A DNA stretch of 64,000 bases from Defluviicoccus sp. (GTDB lineage: Bacteria > Pseudomonadota > Alphaproteobacteria > MPNO01): NCBI GenBank assembly GCA_022823775.1, contig JAJEHI010000048.1, positions 42,267-106,266 of the forward strand. The letters are read 5' to 3'. Shown here one piece after another: positions 38,775 to 46,837 of this stretch. Within the stretch, counting starts at the first letter, position 1. The number at the start of each line of letters is the position of its first letter. The translations under genes and the position numbers were made by a program. The notes beneath the pieces were generated by a model. It ran no database searches. It was not told where the DNA came from and was given only the letters and a program-made list of their open reading frames with translations.

Positions 38775-40340
38775 ATGTTTCACGGTCTTCGAAACCTCCG
38801 GCGCATATGGCGCATCCTGCGCACGCTCGCCCGTCACGATGCGCTCTCGGCGTTCGAGCCGGTCAAGGCTCATGCGAGCCTCCGGATGGCGTTGTGGCTG
38901 CTCGGCAGGCCCCGGATCGACGGCGCGCGGTCGAGACGTCCCGGCGAGAGGCTGTCCGCGGCGTTTCAGGAGCTGGGACCGGCCTTCGTGAAGCTCGGCC
39001 AGGCGCTGTCGGTGCGTTCCGATCTGGTCGGCGAGGAGCTGGCGGCCGATCTCTCCCGTTTGCAGGACAGGTTGCCTCCGTTCCCGAGCGCGGAAGCGCG
39101 GAAGACCATCGAGGCCGAGCTCGGCTGCGGCCTAGACGAAGTGTTCGCCGGGTTCGACGACGAGGCCGTCGCCGCCGCCTCGATCGCCCAGGTGCATCGT
39201 GCCGTGACCGCCGACGGCGACGAAGTCGCGGTCAAGGTGCTGCGACCGGGGGTCGAAGCGGCGTTCAACCGCGATCTCGACCTCATCCGCTGGCTGGCGG
39301 GCATGGTCGCCCACCTGCGCGGCACCTTCGACCGGCTCAAGCCGGTGGAGGTGGTCGAGACCTTCGCGGAATCGGCGCGGATCGAGATGGATCTCCGCCT
39401 CGAAGCCGCGGCCGCGCAGGAGCTCCAGGCCAATTTCGAGGACATGGAGGGCTTCGAGGTGCCGACGGTCGACTGGCGGAGGACCGCACGCCGCGTGCTT
39501 ACCTCGAGCTGGGTCGAAGGCGTGCCGATCCACGACCGGGAAAGGCTGGAGGCCGAAGGGCACGATCTGGCGGAAATCGTGGCGCTGATGGCCTCGGTCT
39601 TCTTCTTCCAGATCTTCCGGGACGGTTTCTTCCATGCCGATCTCCACCCGGGAAACCTACTGGTCGACAGCGAGGGCCGGGTGCACGCGGTCGATTTCGG
39701 CATCATGGGGCGGGTCGACCGGCCGACCCGCCGCTACCTCGCGGACATGCTCTATTCGTTCCTCGTCCGGGACTACAACCGGGTTGCCGAAATCCATGTC
39801 TCGGCGGGGCTGGTGCCCGCCGATCAGTCTGTGGACGGTTTCGCCCAGGCGGCCCGCGCGATCGCCGAGCCAATCCTCGGCCTGCCGCTCAACCAGATCT
39901 CGCTGGCGCGGCTGGTGGGCCAGCTCTTCCAGGTCACCAAGCGCTTCAGGATGGAGGTGCAGCCCCAGCTCCTGCTGTTGCAAAAGACCATGCTGGTCGC
40001 CGAGGGGGTGGGCAGGCGGCTCCACCCCGAAACGAACATGTGGGAGCTCGCCCGTCCGTTGATCGAGGAATGGATGGCCGAGCAGATGGGGCCGCAGGCG
40101 CGCGTCCGCGAGACCGTGGAAACGCTGTCGGAGGCGCTTGCCCGGCTGCCCAAGGCGCTCGGAGACCTCGAACGGACGGTCGACGTGCTCGCCCAGAACC
40201 GCGTCCAGCTCGACCCGGATACGGTCGCCGCGCTCCGCTCCGAGATGGCGGGGCGCCGCGATGCGCGGGGGCTGTGGATCGCCATCGCCGCGCTCGCAGC
40301 CCTCGCGGCGGTCCTCGTCTGGACGCAGGCCGGAGGGTAG
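38775..40340 (+). CDS. ubiB: Ubiquinone biosynthesis protein kinase-like regulator UbiB (ABC1 family)
   Basis: 521 aa with the ABC1 kinase-like motifs AAASIAQVH, HADLHPGN, VDFG and a C-terminal TM segment. Confidence 0.85.
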   Translation: MFHGLRNLRRIWRILRTLARHDALSAFEPVKAHASLRMALWLLGRPRIDGARSRRPGERLSAAFQELGPAFVKLGQALSVRSDLVGEELAADLSRLQDRLPPFPSAEARKTIEAELGCGLDEVFAGFDDEAVAAASIAQVHRAVTADGDEVAVKVLRPGVEAAFNRDLDLIRWLAGMVAHLRGTFDRLKPVEVVETFAESARIEMDLRLEAAAAQELQANFEDMEGFEVPTVDWRRTARRVLTSSWVEGVPIHDRERLEAEGHDLAEIVALMASVFFFQIFRDGFFHADLHPGNLLVDSEGRVHAVDFGIMGRVDRPTRRYLADMLYSFLVRDYNRVAEIHVSAGLVPADQSVDGFAQAARAIAEPILGLPLNQISLARLVGQLFQVTKRFRMEVQPQLLLLQKTMLVAEGVGRRLHPETNMWELARPLIEEWMAEQMGPQARVRETVETLSEALARLPKALGDLERTVDVLAQNRVQLDPDTVAALRSEMAGRRDARGLWIAIAALAALAAVLVWTQAGG

Positions 40341-40513
40341 GCGGAGGACCCTGGGTTGCGACGCGCTCCGAGGCTGCGCGCGGCTGCCGCGCGCGTTCTC
40401 CTCACCGCTGCCCCCCGAACGAGTCGGGAGCTCCGGTCGAAACGCCCGACAGGTATAGGAAGAGACGCGATGGCTATGAAGATCGGTCGGCGCGATGCCG
40501 GAACGGCCCGCCC

Positions 40514-40852
40514 GTGATCCCCCGTATCAAGGCGTCGATCTGGGTGGCTGCGGAAATCCGGCGCTGCCGGGTGAACGGTATCGACGCCTATCTGGTGCGT
40601 CGGGGCGACGAGCATGCCGGCGCGATCCTGATCAAGCACAACCGGTTCGAGGCGGGCTGCACCGTCTATACGCCGGCCACCCCGCCCGACGGCGGCCGGG
40701 CGTGGCGCCGCGGCATCGGCGACGATCCGGTTCCGGAGGCCGAGGCCGACGCCTATATCGTTCGCCAGCGCGGCTACGATCCCGATCTATGGGTGCTGGA
40801 GATCGAGGACCCGCGCGGCATCTGGGCGCTCGCCGAGCCGGTGCTGTCGTAA
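40514..40852 (+). CDS. Conserved hypothetical protein, DUF1491-like
   Basis: It is the last 112 codons of the alternative-frame track ORF 38807..40852. GTG start, VIPRIKASIWVAAEIRRCRVNGIDAYLVRRGDEHAGAILIK. A conserved small protein in alphaproteobacterial ubiB-coaBC neighbourhoods. Confidence 0.5.
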   Translation: MIPRIKASIWVAAEIRRCRVNGIDAYLVRRGDEHAGAILIKHNRFEAGCTVYTPATPPDGGRAWRRGIGDDPVPEAEADAYIVRQRGYDPDLWVLEIEDPRGIWALAEPVLS

Positions 40853-41007
40853 GGCGGTGCCGTTTCGGCCGGCCGGCCGCCCACTCTCCCCCGGCCCTCC
40901 CGCAAGCGGGAGGGGAGAAGAGTCGGAGCGGTAAGCCCCCTCGCCGCCCAACCGATTTCTTCCGATTGCTTCCCCGGGGCGGGTATTATGGCGGGGTCGC
41001 TCGAACC

Positions 41008-42240
41008 ATGCGGAGCGGGGCCGTGCTGGACGGCAAGCGCATACTCCTGATCGTCGCGGGCGGGATCGCCGCCTACAAGACGCTCGAATTGACCCGCCGC
41101 CTCGTCGAGCGCGGCGCCCGGGTGCGTTGCGTGCTGACCGAGGCCGGAGCGGAGTTCGTCACCCCGCTGTCGCTGTCGGCGTTGAGCGGCGACAAGGTAT
41201 ACCGGGACCTGTTCTCGCTCACCGACGAGCACGAGATGGGGCACATCCGGCTCTCGCGCGAAGCCGACCTCGTCACGGTGGCCCCGGCGACGGCCGACAT
41301 GCTCGCGAAAATGGCGGGCGGGCTCGCCAACGACCTCGCGACCACGCTCCTGCTCGCGACCGACAAGGATGTACTCGCCGCGCCCGCCATGAACGTTCGG
41401 ATGTGGGAGCACGCGGCAACCCGCGCCAACGTCGCGCTCCTGCGCGAACGCGGCATCCGCTTCGTCGGACCGGACGAGGGGGAGATGGCCTGCGGCGAAT
41501 ACGGCCCCGGCCGTATGGCCGAGCCCGCCGCGATCCTCGACGCGATCGAGGCGTATTTCGCGTCGCGCGGCCGGCTGGAGGGGCGCGCCGCGCTGGTCAC
41601 CAGCGGGCCGACATACGAGGCGCTCGACCCGGTGCGCTTCCTCGGCAACCGCTCGTCCGGCAAGCAGGGCCACGCCATCGCCGCGGCGCTCGCCCGCGCC
41701 GGCGCGCGGACCCGCCTGGTGACCGGGCCGACCGGCGAGCCCGACCCGGCGGGGGTGGAGGTCGTCCGCGTCGAATCGGCGCGCGAGATGCTGGACGCCT
41801 GCCGCGCCGCCCCGCCAACCGATGTCGCGGTGTTCGCGGCCGCGGTATCGGACTGGCGCCCGGCCAGCGAGGCCGGGCGCAAGATCAAGAAATCGGACGG
41901 CGCGCCCAAGCCGATCGAGCTGGTCGAGAACCCGGACGTGCTGGCCTCGGTCGCCGCCGCCGGCAACGCCCGGCCGGCGCTCGTCGTGGGCTTCGCCGCC
42001 GAGACCGACGACCTCCTCGGCAACGCGCGGCGGAAGCTGGAGGCCAAGGGCTGCGACTGGATCCTCGCCAACGACGTCGCGCCGGGATCGGGGACGTTCG
42101 GCGGCGAGGCGAACACGATTCGCCTGGTGAGCGCCGATGGGGTCGAGGACTGGCCCACCCTCGCCAAGGGCGCCGTCGCCGAGAGGCTGGCGGCCAGGAT
42201 CGCCGACTGGTTTGACGCCCGCGCCGAGGCGGCCGAATGA
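41008..42240 (+). CDS. coaBC: Bifunctional phosphopantothenoylcysteine decarboxylase / phosphopantothenate-cysteine ligase
   Basis: Real start [24 protein letters not shown] at 41008; the track ORF 40495.. has a 171-aa read-through. It contains both the flavoprotein and CoaB domains. Confidence 0.9.
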   Translation: MRSGAVLDGKRILLIVAGGIAAYKTLELTRRLVERGARVRCVLTEAGAEFVTPLSLSALSGDKVYRDLFSLTDEHEMGHIRLSREADLVTVAPATADMLAKMAGGLANDLATTLLLATDKDVLAAPAMNVRMWEHAATRANVALLRERGIRFVGPDEGEMACGEYGPGRMAEPAAILDAIEAYFASRGRLEGRAALVTSGPTYEALDPVRFLGNRSSGKQGHAIAAALARAGARTRLVTGPTGEPDPAGVEVVRVESAREMLDACRAAPPTDVAVFAAAVSDWRPASEAGRKIKKSDGAPKPIELVENPDVLASVAAAGNARPALVVGFAAETDDLLGNARRKLEAKGCDWILANDVAPGSGTFGGEANTIRLVSADGVEDWPTLAKGAVAERLAARIADWFDARAEAAE

Positions 42241-42698
42241 GCGATGTCGCGGTCGCGGTGACCCGGCTTCCGGGAAACGACGACATCGCGTTGCCCCGCT
42301 ACGAGACCGAGCAGTCCGCCGGGCTCGACCTCGCCGCGGCGGTGCCGGCCGCGGTGATGCTGGCGCCGGGCGGGCGGGCGACGATTCCCACCGGTCTCGC
42401 GATCGCCCTGCCGCCGGGCTACGAGGCGCAGATCCGCCCGCGCTCCGGGCTCGCCGCGCGGCGCGGAGTCACGGTGCTGAACGCGCCCGGCACGATCGAC
42501 GCGGATTACCGGGGCGAGATCAAGGTGGTGCTCGCCAATATGGGCGCCGAGCCGTTCGCGGTGGAGCGTGGCATGCGCATCGCCCAGATGGTTGTCGCGC
42601 CGGTGACGCGGGTCGCCTGGAACGAGGTTGGGGCGCTGCCGGAGAGCGCCCGCGGCGGCGGCGGGTTCGGCTCGACCGGCACCGGGCCGGCCGGCTGA
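42237..42698 (+). CDS. dut: dUTP diphosphatase
   Basis: 153 aa. Motifs SAGLDL, RSGLA and [10 protein letters not shown]; its start overlaps the coaBC stop (ATGA). Confidence 0.9.
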   Translation: MSDVAVAVTRLPGNDDIALPRYETEQSAGLDLAAAVPAAVMLAPGGRATIPTGLAIALPPGYEAQIRPRSGLAARRGVTVLNAPGTIDADYRGEIKVVLANMGAEPFAVERGMRIAQMVVAPVTRVAWNEVGALPESARGGGGFGSTGTGPAG

Positions 42699-42721
42699 GC
42701 GCGGCCGCGGGCGCCTCGAAG

Positions 42722-43480
42722 ATGCTGACCGAAGACCAGCTGCACCGCTACGCGCGGCACATCGTCCTTCCCGAGGTTGGAGGCGTCGGCCAGGAAAAGC
42801 TGCTGCAATCCCGCGTGCTCGTGGTCGGCGCGGGCGGGCTCGGCGCGCCGCTGCTCCTTTATCTCGCCGCGGCCGGGGTCGGCACCATCGGGGTGGTCGA
42901 CGACGACGCGGTCGACCTTTCCAACCTGCAGCGTCAGGTGATCCATGCCACCGACCGGATCGGCATGCCCAAGGTCGACAGCGCGGCCGAGGCGGTCGCG
43001 GCGGTCAACCCTGGAGTCCGGCTGGTGACGCACCCGACGAGGCTCGATGCCGGTAACGCCGCCGGGCTGATCGCCGGTTACGATGTGATCGCCGACGGCA
43101 GCGACAATTTCGAGACCCGCTTCACGCTCAACGACGCCTGCCACGCGGCCGGCAAGACCCTCGTCGCCGCCGCCCTGCTGCGCTTCGAAGGGCAGCTCGC
43201 CACCTTCAAGTCGGGGCTCGACCCGGCCCTGCCGTGTTATCGCTGCCTCTACCCGTCGCCTCCGCCGCCCGGGGTCGTCCCCAGCTGCGCCGAAGGCGGC
43301 GTGCTCGGCGCGCTCGCCGGCACGATGGGCTCGCTGCAGGCGACCGAGATCCTCAAGGAGGCGATGGGGATCGGCGAAAGCCTCGCCGGCCACCTCCTGA
43401 TCTACGATGCGCTGACCACGACGGTCCGCAAGATGGCGCTCAAGCGCAACCCGCGCTGCGCGACCTGCGGCGATGGCTAA
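42722..43480 (+). CDS. moeB: Molybdopterin-synthase adenylyltransferase (MoeB/ThiF/HesA family)
   Basis: Real start MLTEDQLHRYARHIVLPEVG (the track ORF 42137.. reads through). Motifs VVGAGGLG and CxxC...CxxC. Confidence 0.8.
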   Translation: MLTEDQLHRYARHIVLPEVGGVGQEKLLQSRVLVVGAGGLGAPLLLYLAAAGVGTIGVVDDDAVDLSNLQRQVIHATDRIGMPKVDSAAEAVAAVNPGVRLVTHPTRLDAGNAAGLIAGYDVIADGSDNFETRFTLNDACHAAGKTLVAAALLRFEGQLATFKSGLDPALPCYRCLYPSPPPPGVVPSCAEGGVLGALAGTMGSLQATEILKEAMGIGESLAGHLLIYDALTTTVRKMALKRNPRCATCGDG

Positions 43481-43856
43481 GCTCGCGATAATCGTGCAGT
43501 CGGGCGCTTTCGACCGGGTGCATTACGCGCTGGTGATGGCGAGCGCGGCGGCTGCGATCGACCGGGAGGTGACGCTGTTCTTCACCATGGAGGGCTGCCG
43601 CGCGCTGCGTCCCGCCCAGGCGCTGGGAGACTGGGCGGCGCCGGAGCGAGGGTTGCGCGAGAAGGGGCTCGCCACGCTCGAGGAGCTTCTCGCGGCGGCC
43701 GCCGAACTCGACGTGCGCTTCACGGTCTGCGAGCTCGGACTCCGGGCCGTCGGGCTCGCGCTCGAGGATCTCCGCGACGATCTCGGCATCCGCGAGACCG
43801 GCGCGGTCACCTTCCTCAACGACGCCGGGCCCGACGCTCAGATGGTGTTCGTTTAG
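43473..43856 (+). CDS. DsrE/DsrF/TusD-like small protein
   Basis: 127 aa; MAKLAIIVQSGAFDRVHYAL is DsrE-family-like. It overlaps the moeB stop. Confidence 0.5.
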   Translation: MAKLAIIVQSGAFDRVHYALVMASAAAAIDREVTLFFTMEGCRALRPAQALGDWAAPERGLREKGLATLEELLAAAAELDVRFTVCELGLRAVGLALEDLRDDLGIRETGAVTFLNDAGPDAQMVFV

Positions 43857-43890
43857 GGCGGTCGTCCGCGCCCGGGACCGCCCGGCCGGT
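43856..43890 (+). terminator. GC-rich hairpin after the DsrE-like gene (putative terminator, no U-tract)
   Basis: GGGCGGTC-gtccgcgcccg-GACCGCCC has perfect 8-bp arms immediately after the stop codon. An AT-rich non-coding region follows. Confidence 0.3.
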
Positions 43891-44019
43891 CCGCCCCAAA
43901 CACTGCTTCGGGGGATCGAGGGCAACTCAATCACAAATTGTTTATCAAGTGAAACGTGCAGTCTAGCTGTAATACTGATACCGTTCACGCAGATTTGATG
44001 GCACTGAGATGATATAAGC

Positions 44020-44039
44020 CCATCTCATTATTGAGATGG
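44020..44039. promoter_or_regulatory. Perfect palindrome CCATCTCA-TTAT-TGAGATGG in an AT-rich intergenic region; candidate LysR-type (ATC-N10-GAT) operator
   Basis: Seen directly about 45 bp upstream of the LysR ATG. The 43.90-44.08 kb interval is strongly AT-rich compared with the rest of the window, and TGAGATG recurs at 44005. Confidence 0.35.
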
Positions 44040-44081
44040 AAAGCAGTAATACTTTTGAATATTTCATCTCTAAGAGTGCCT

Positions 44082-44996
44082 ATGGTTGGTCGCTCCCGAG
44101 TACGCATCCCGGCGGTAAGCACTCTGATCGCGTTCGAGAGTGCCGGCCGGCTCGGCAACTTTTCTCGTGCGGCCGAAGAGTTGCAGACTTCCCAGTCCGC
44201 GATCAGCCGCCACATCGCGAAACTTGAGGAACAGCTTTCGACACGGGTGTTCCATCGGTCCCGGACCGGCGTAAGCCTGACCGAGACGGGAAGCGACCTT
44301 TACGACGCCGTGGCGGCCGGGCTCAAGACGATCGACAGCGCCATCGTCAGGGCCGGAGAGGCGTGCGACGAAGAGCACCTGTCGATCGCGTGTTCGCACG
44401 ACGCTTGGCAGTTCGTGTTCATGCCCCGGCTCGATGCGCTCCAGGAGTTTGTCGGCGAGAATTTCCCGATCCGTTTCACGCTTTACCCTCAGGACTCCCG
44501 GCATGTACCGCTGGATCCGGATGCCGACGTGGTATTCACCTGGGACGCGAGCGGCGCCGGTCCGGACACGCTGACAATCCCGGAAGCCGTCAGACCGGTC
44601 TGCTCGCCCCGATACGCGGAGGCCAACCCGGAAGTATTCGAAGGGCCGGCCGGCGGATGGAGCGGATTGACCCTGCTCGACTTCTCGATCCCGGACGGGG
44701 GTTGGGCATCCTGGGCGGACTGGTTCGGGATCGCCGGACGACCCGATCCCATGCCCCGCATCGTGGATCTCGACAGCTATGGCGATATCTTGCGAGCGGT
44801 GGCCGTCGGCAAAGGCGTGGCGCTCGGTTGGCGCTACTGCGTCGAACGATATATCGAAGCGGGTGCGTTGGTCCCGCTGGGCGATGACTTTATCGAATTC
44901 GACAATTTCTTTTGCGGATTGCTGACCGAGAAGGGACGAAAAAGGCCGGCCGCGCGCAGCTGTCTCGGTTTCATCGACGCGGCCATCGGGACCTGA
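44082..44996 (+). CDS. LysR-family transcriptional regulator
   Basis: N-terminal HTH LIAFESAGRLGNFSRAAEELQTSQSAISRHIAKLEEQL and a C-terminal substrate-binding domain. 304 aa. Confidence 0.8.
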   Translation: MVGRSRVRIPAVSTLIAFESAGRLGNFSRAAEELQTSQSAISRHIAKLEEQLSTRVFHRSRTGVSLTETGSDLYDAVAAGLKTIDSAIVRAGEACDEEHLSIACSHDAWQFVFMPRLDALQEFVGENFPIRFTLYPQDSRHVPLDPDADVVFTWDASGAGPDTLTIPEAVRPVCSPRYAEANPEVFEGPAGGWSGLTLLDFSIPDGGWASWADWFGIAGRPDPMPRIVDLDSYGDILRAVAVGKGVALGWRYCVERYIEAGALVPLGDDFIEFDNFFCGLLTEKGRKRPAARSCLGFIDAAIGT

Positions 44997-45026
44997 GCGC
45001 GAACCGGGCGTCCGCCCGCCGGGGGA

Positions 45027-46649
45027 TCAGTAAATCCGGCGGATCGTCCTCAGCTGTCTCGCAATATCCGAAAACGCCGCCCGGAGCGTTTCGGGGTCCC
45101 GGTTTTCCAGGAAAACGTATGTTCCATCCGGTTTTTCCGCCTCGCTGGAGCACGCGCGCAGCGCCGTTCCCAGGGTCCCGGATACATTGTCCGGATGCAT
45201 CGCCGCGATGACGAAGATCTCGGTCCCGGCGGCCTTCGCGGCGTTACACGCCACGGCGCGATCGATGCCGACATCGTTGGTCTCGCAAGCCGGATCGTTA
45301 AGCCCGCACGGGTTGTCCTCTCCGTCCGTAAGCAGCACGATCGCTTTTCGGGTACCGGCGTTGCCCGAAGCGTCGGTGTCTACCGGATGGACGCCGCCGC
45401 CCCATGCATCCGTCCAGGAATGCGACAGCAGCCTTTGCCCCCACAGGACCCCGAGCGTGGAATAGGTCCGGAATCCCACCGGCGCGAGCGAGTCGATCGC
45501 CGCGCGGACCGCCGCGGCGTCGGATGTCAGCGGCAGAATGGATGGAATGACGGTGCCGTCATACGGCGATGTGCAGCCTCTCTGGGCGGACGTGCGGTCG
45601 TAGACCCCCCGCAGGTCGGCGGGGTCGTCGCCGTAACAGACCTGGTAGTTGAAGTTGTCGGGCAGCGGCGACTGCAGGCACTCGTACGCCACCCCCTGTA
45701 CCGACGGGAAGATCGCTTGAGCGAAAGGGTGCGACGACGGGGGGGCGAGCAAATCGGAGACGGCGGGCAGGGACGCATGATCCCCCGGCCCGGAGATCCG
45801 ATGCTCGTCCAGGCAGCCCTGCCAGGTCTCGTCGAATGTGGGCGGGAGCGTGTGGTCGACATCGAAAGCCGTGCAATTGCCCTCCGGTCGGCACGCGTAG
45901 GAGGCGGCATAGTTGCGGCTTTGCGGGTATTTCGCCCAACCGTCGGCTGCCCAGCCGGCCTGCATCGTTGCCGGCAGCCGGACCAGGATGTGCCACGGCA
46001 CCAGCCCCACCGCCACCCGGCTTTCTTCGCGCGGATCGAGAATGTCGACCAGGTCGAGGGCTGCCTGCCTTACGATATTCATCCGGCTGGGATCCTCGCC
46101 CCAGGCCGGAGAGCCATCCAGCCCGTCCCGCATCGACGCGCTGATGTCGATGGCAAGCACCACCTCGACGGCGTTCCTGACACTCTCCACCGCGCTCTCC
46201 CGCGCCACCGGACCCGGTCCGGAATAGCCGAACAGCCGTTCGGATATCGCCGTCCGCCCGATATCCGCCTGGACCGACGCGCCGACCGTTCCCGCCGTCC
46301 GGTCGATATCCAGCGTCACCGAGATATCCCCGGCCTCCAGATCGGGGTCGTTCGTGTTTCCCAGGACGTTCAGAACGGCATATTTTCGCGCGACGGCCAT
46401 AAGCCGTTCCTCCACGTCGCCGTCGGACATGGAGCTCGGCAACCCGCTCAGTTCCAGCGTCGCGGACATCGACACGGCGTCGGCCGCGCTCTTCAGGAGA
46501 TCGCGCCGATCGACGAGCCGATCATGATCGACGATCACGGCCGCGCCGCCCACCGTCATGATGACGACCCCGATGGCGACATAAGCGGTCGCCGCGGCGC
46601 GCCTGTTGCGAAGAAAGCGGCGAACGGGGCGGGTCGAATTCCGGAACAT
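45027..46649 (-). CDS. tadG: TadG-like Flp-pilus assembly protein with von Willebrand factor A domain
   Basis: The N-terminal Tad-like membrane anchor is RRAAATAYVAIGVVIMTVGGAAVIV and the vWA region is VVLAIDISASM...IVLLTDGEDN. Confidence 0.7.
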   Translation of the reverse strand: MFRNSTRPVRRFLRNRRAAATAYVAIGVVIMTVGGAAVIVDHDRLVDRRDLLKSAADAVSMSATLELSGLPSSMSDGDVEERLMAVARKYAVLNVLGNTNDPDLEAGDISVTLDIDRTAGTVGASVQADIGRTAISERLFGYSGPGPVARESAVESVRNAVEVVLAIDISASMRDGLDGSPAWGEDPSRMNIVRQAALDLVDILDPREESRVAVGLVPWHILVRLPATMQAGWAADGWAKYPQSRNYAASYACRPEGNCTAFDVDHTLPPTFDETWQGCLDEHRISGPGDHASLPAVSDLLAPPSSHPFAQAIFPSVQGVAYECLQSPLPDNFNYQVCYGDDPADLRGVYDRTSAQRGCTSPYDGTVIPSILPLTSDAAAVRAAIDSLAPVGFRTYSTLGVLWGQRLLSHSWTDAWGGGVHPVDTDASGNAGTRKAIVLLTDGEDNPCGLNDPACETNDVGIDRAVACNAAKAAGTEIFVIAAMHPDNVSGTLGTALRACSSEAEKPDGTYVFLENRDPETLRAAFSDIARQLRTIRRIY

Positions 46650-46837
46650 TTACGATCGAAACCTTAATTTCTCGGTCGGGGAATGAATGGTCGGCAGGCC
46701 GGTCCGCATGGGGCAGCGCTGATATTCGGCGCCGTGAATCCCGTCAAGCGAATGCCCCCGCGACGGATCGCCGCGCCCCGCCGCCGGTCCGGGGCGCCGG
46801 ACGCACAATCCTCCCCGGCCAACGCGCCGTTTCCGAC

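Noticed and set aside
38807-40852. 681-aa ORF overlapping ubiB in another frame
   Set aside because: Only its last ~112 codons (40514-40852, GTG start) look like a real conserved DUF1491-like protein; the rest is an alternative frame of ubiB.
40495-41007. 171-aa N-terminal extension of the coaBC ORF, and the 42137..42721 extension of moeB
   Set aside because: These are arginine-rich read-throughs upstream of the conserved starts [19 protein letters not shown] and MLTEDQLHRYARHIVLPE; proper starts were chosen.
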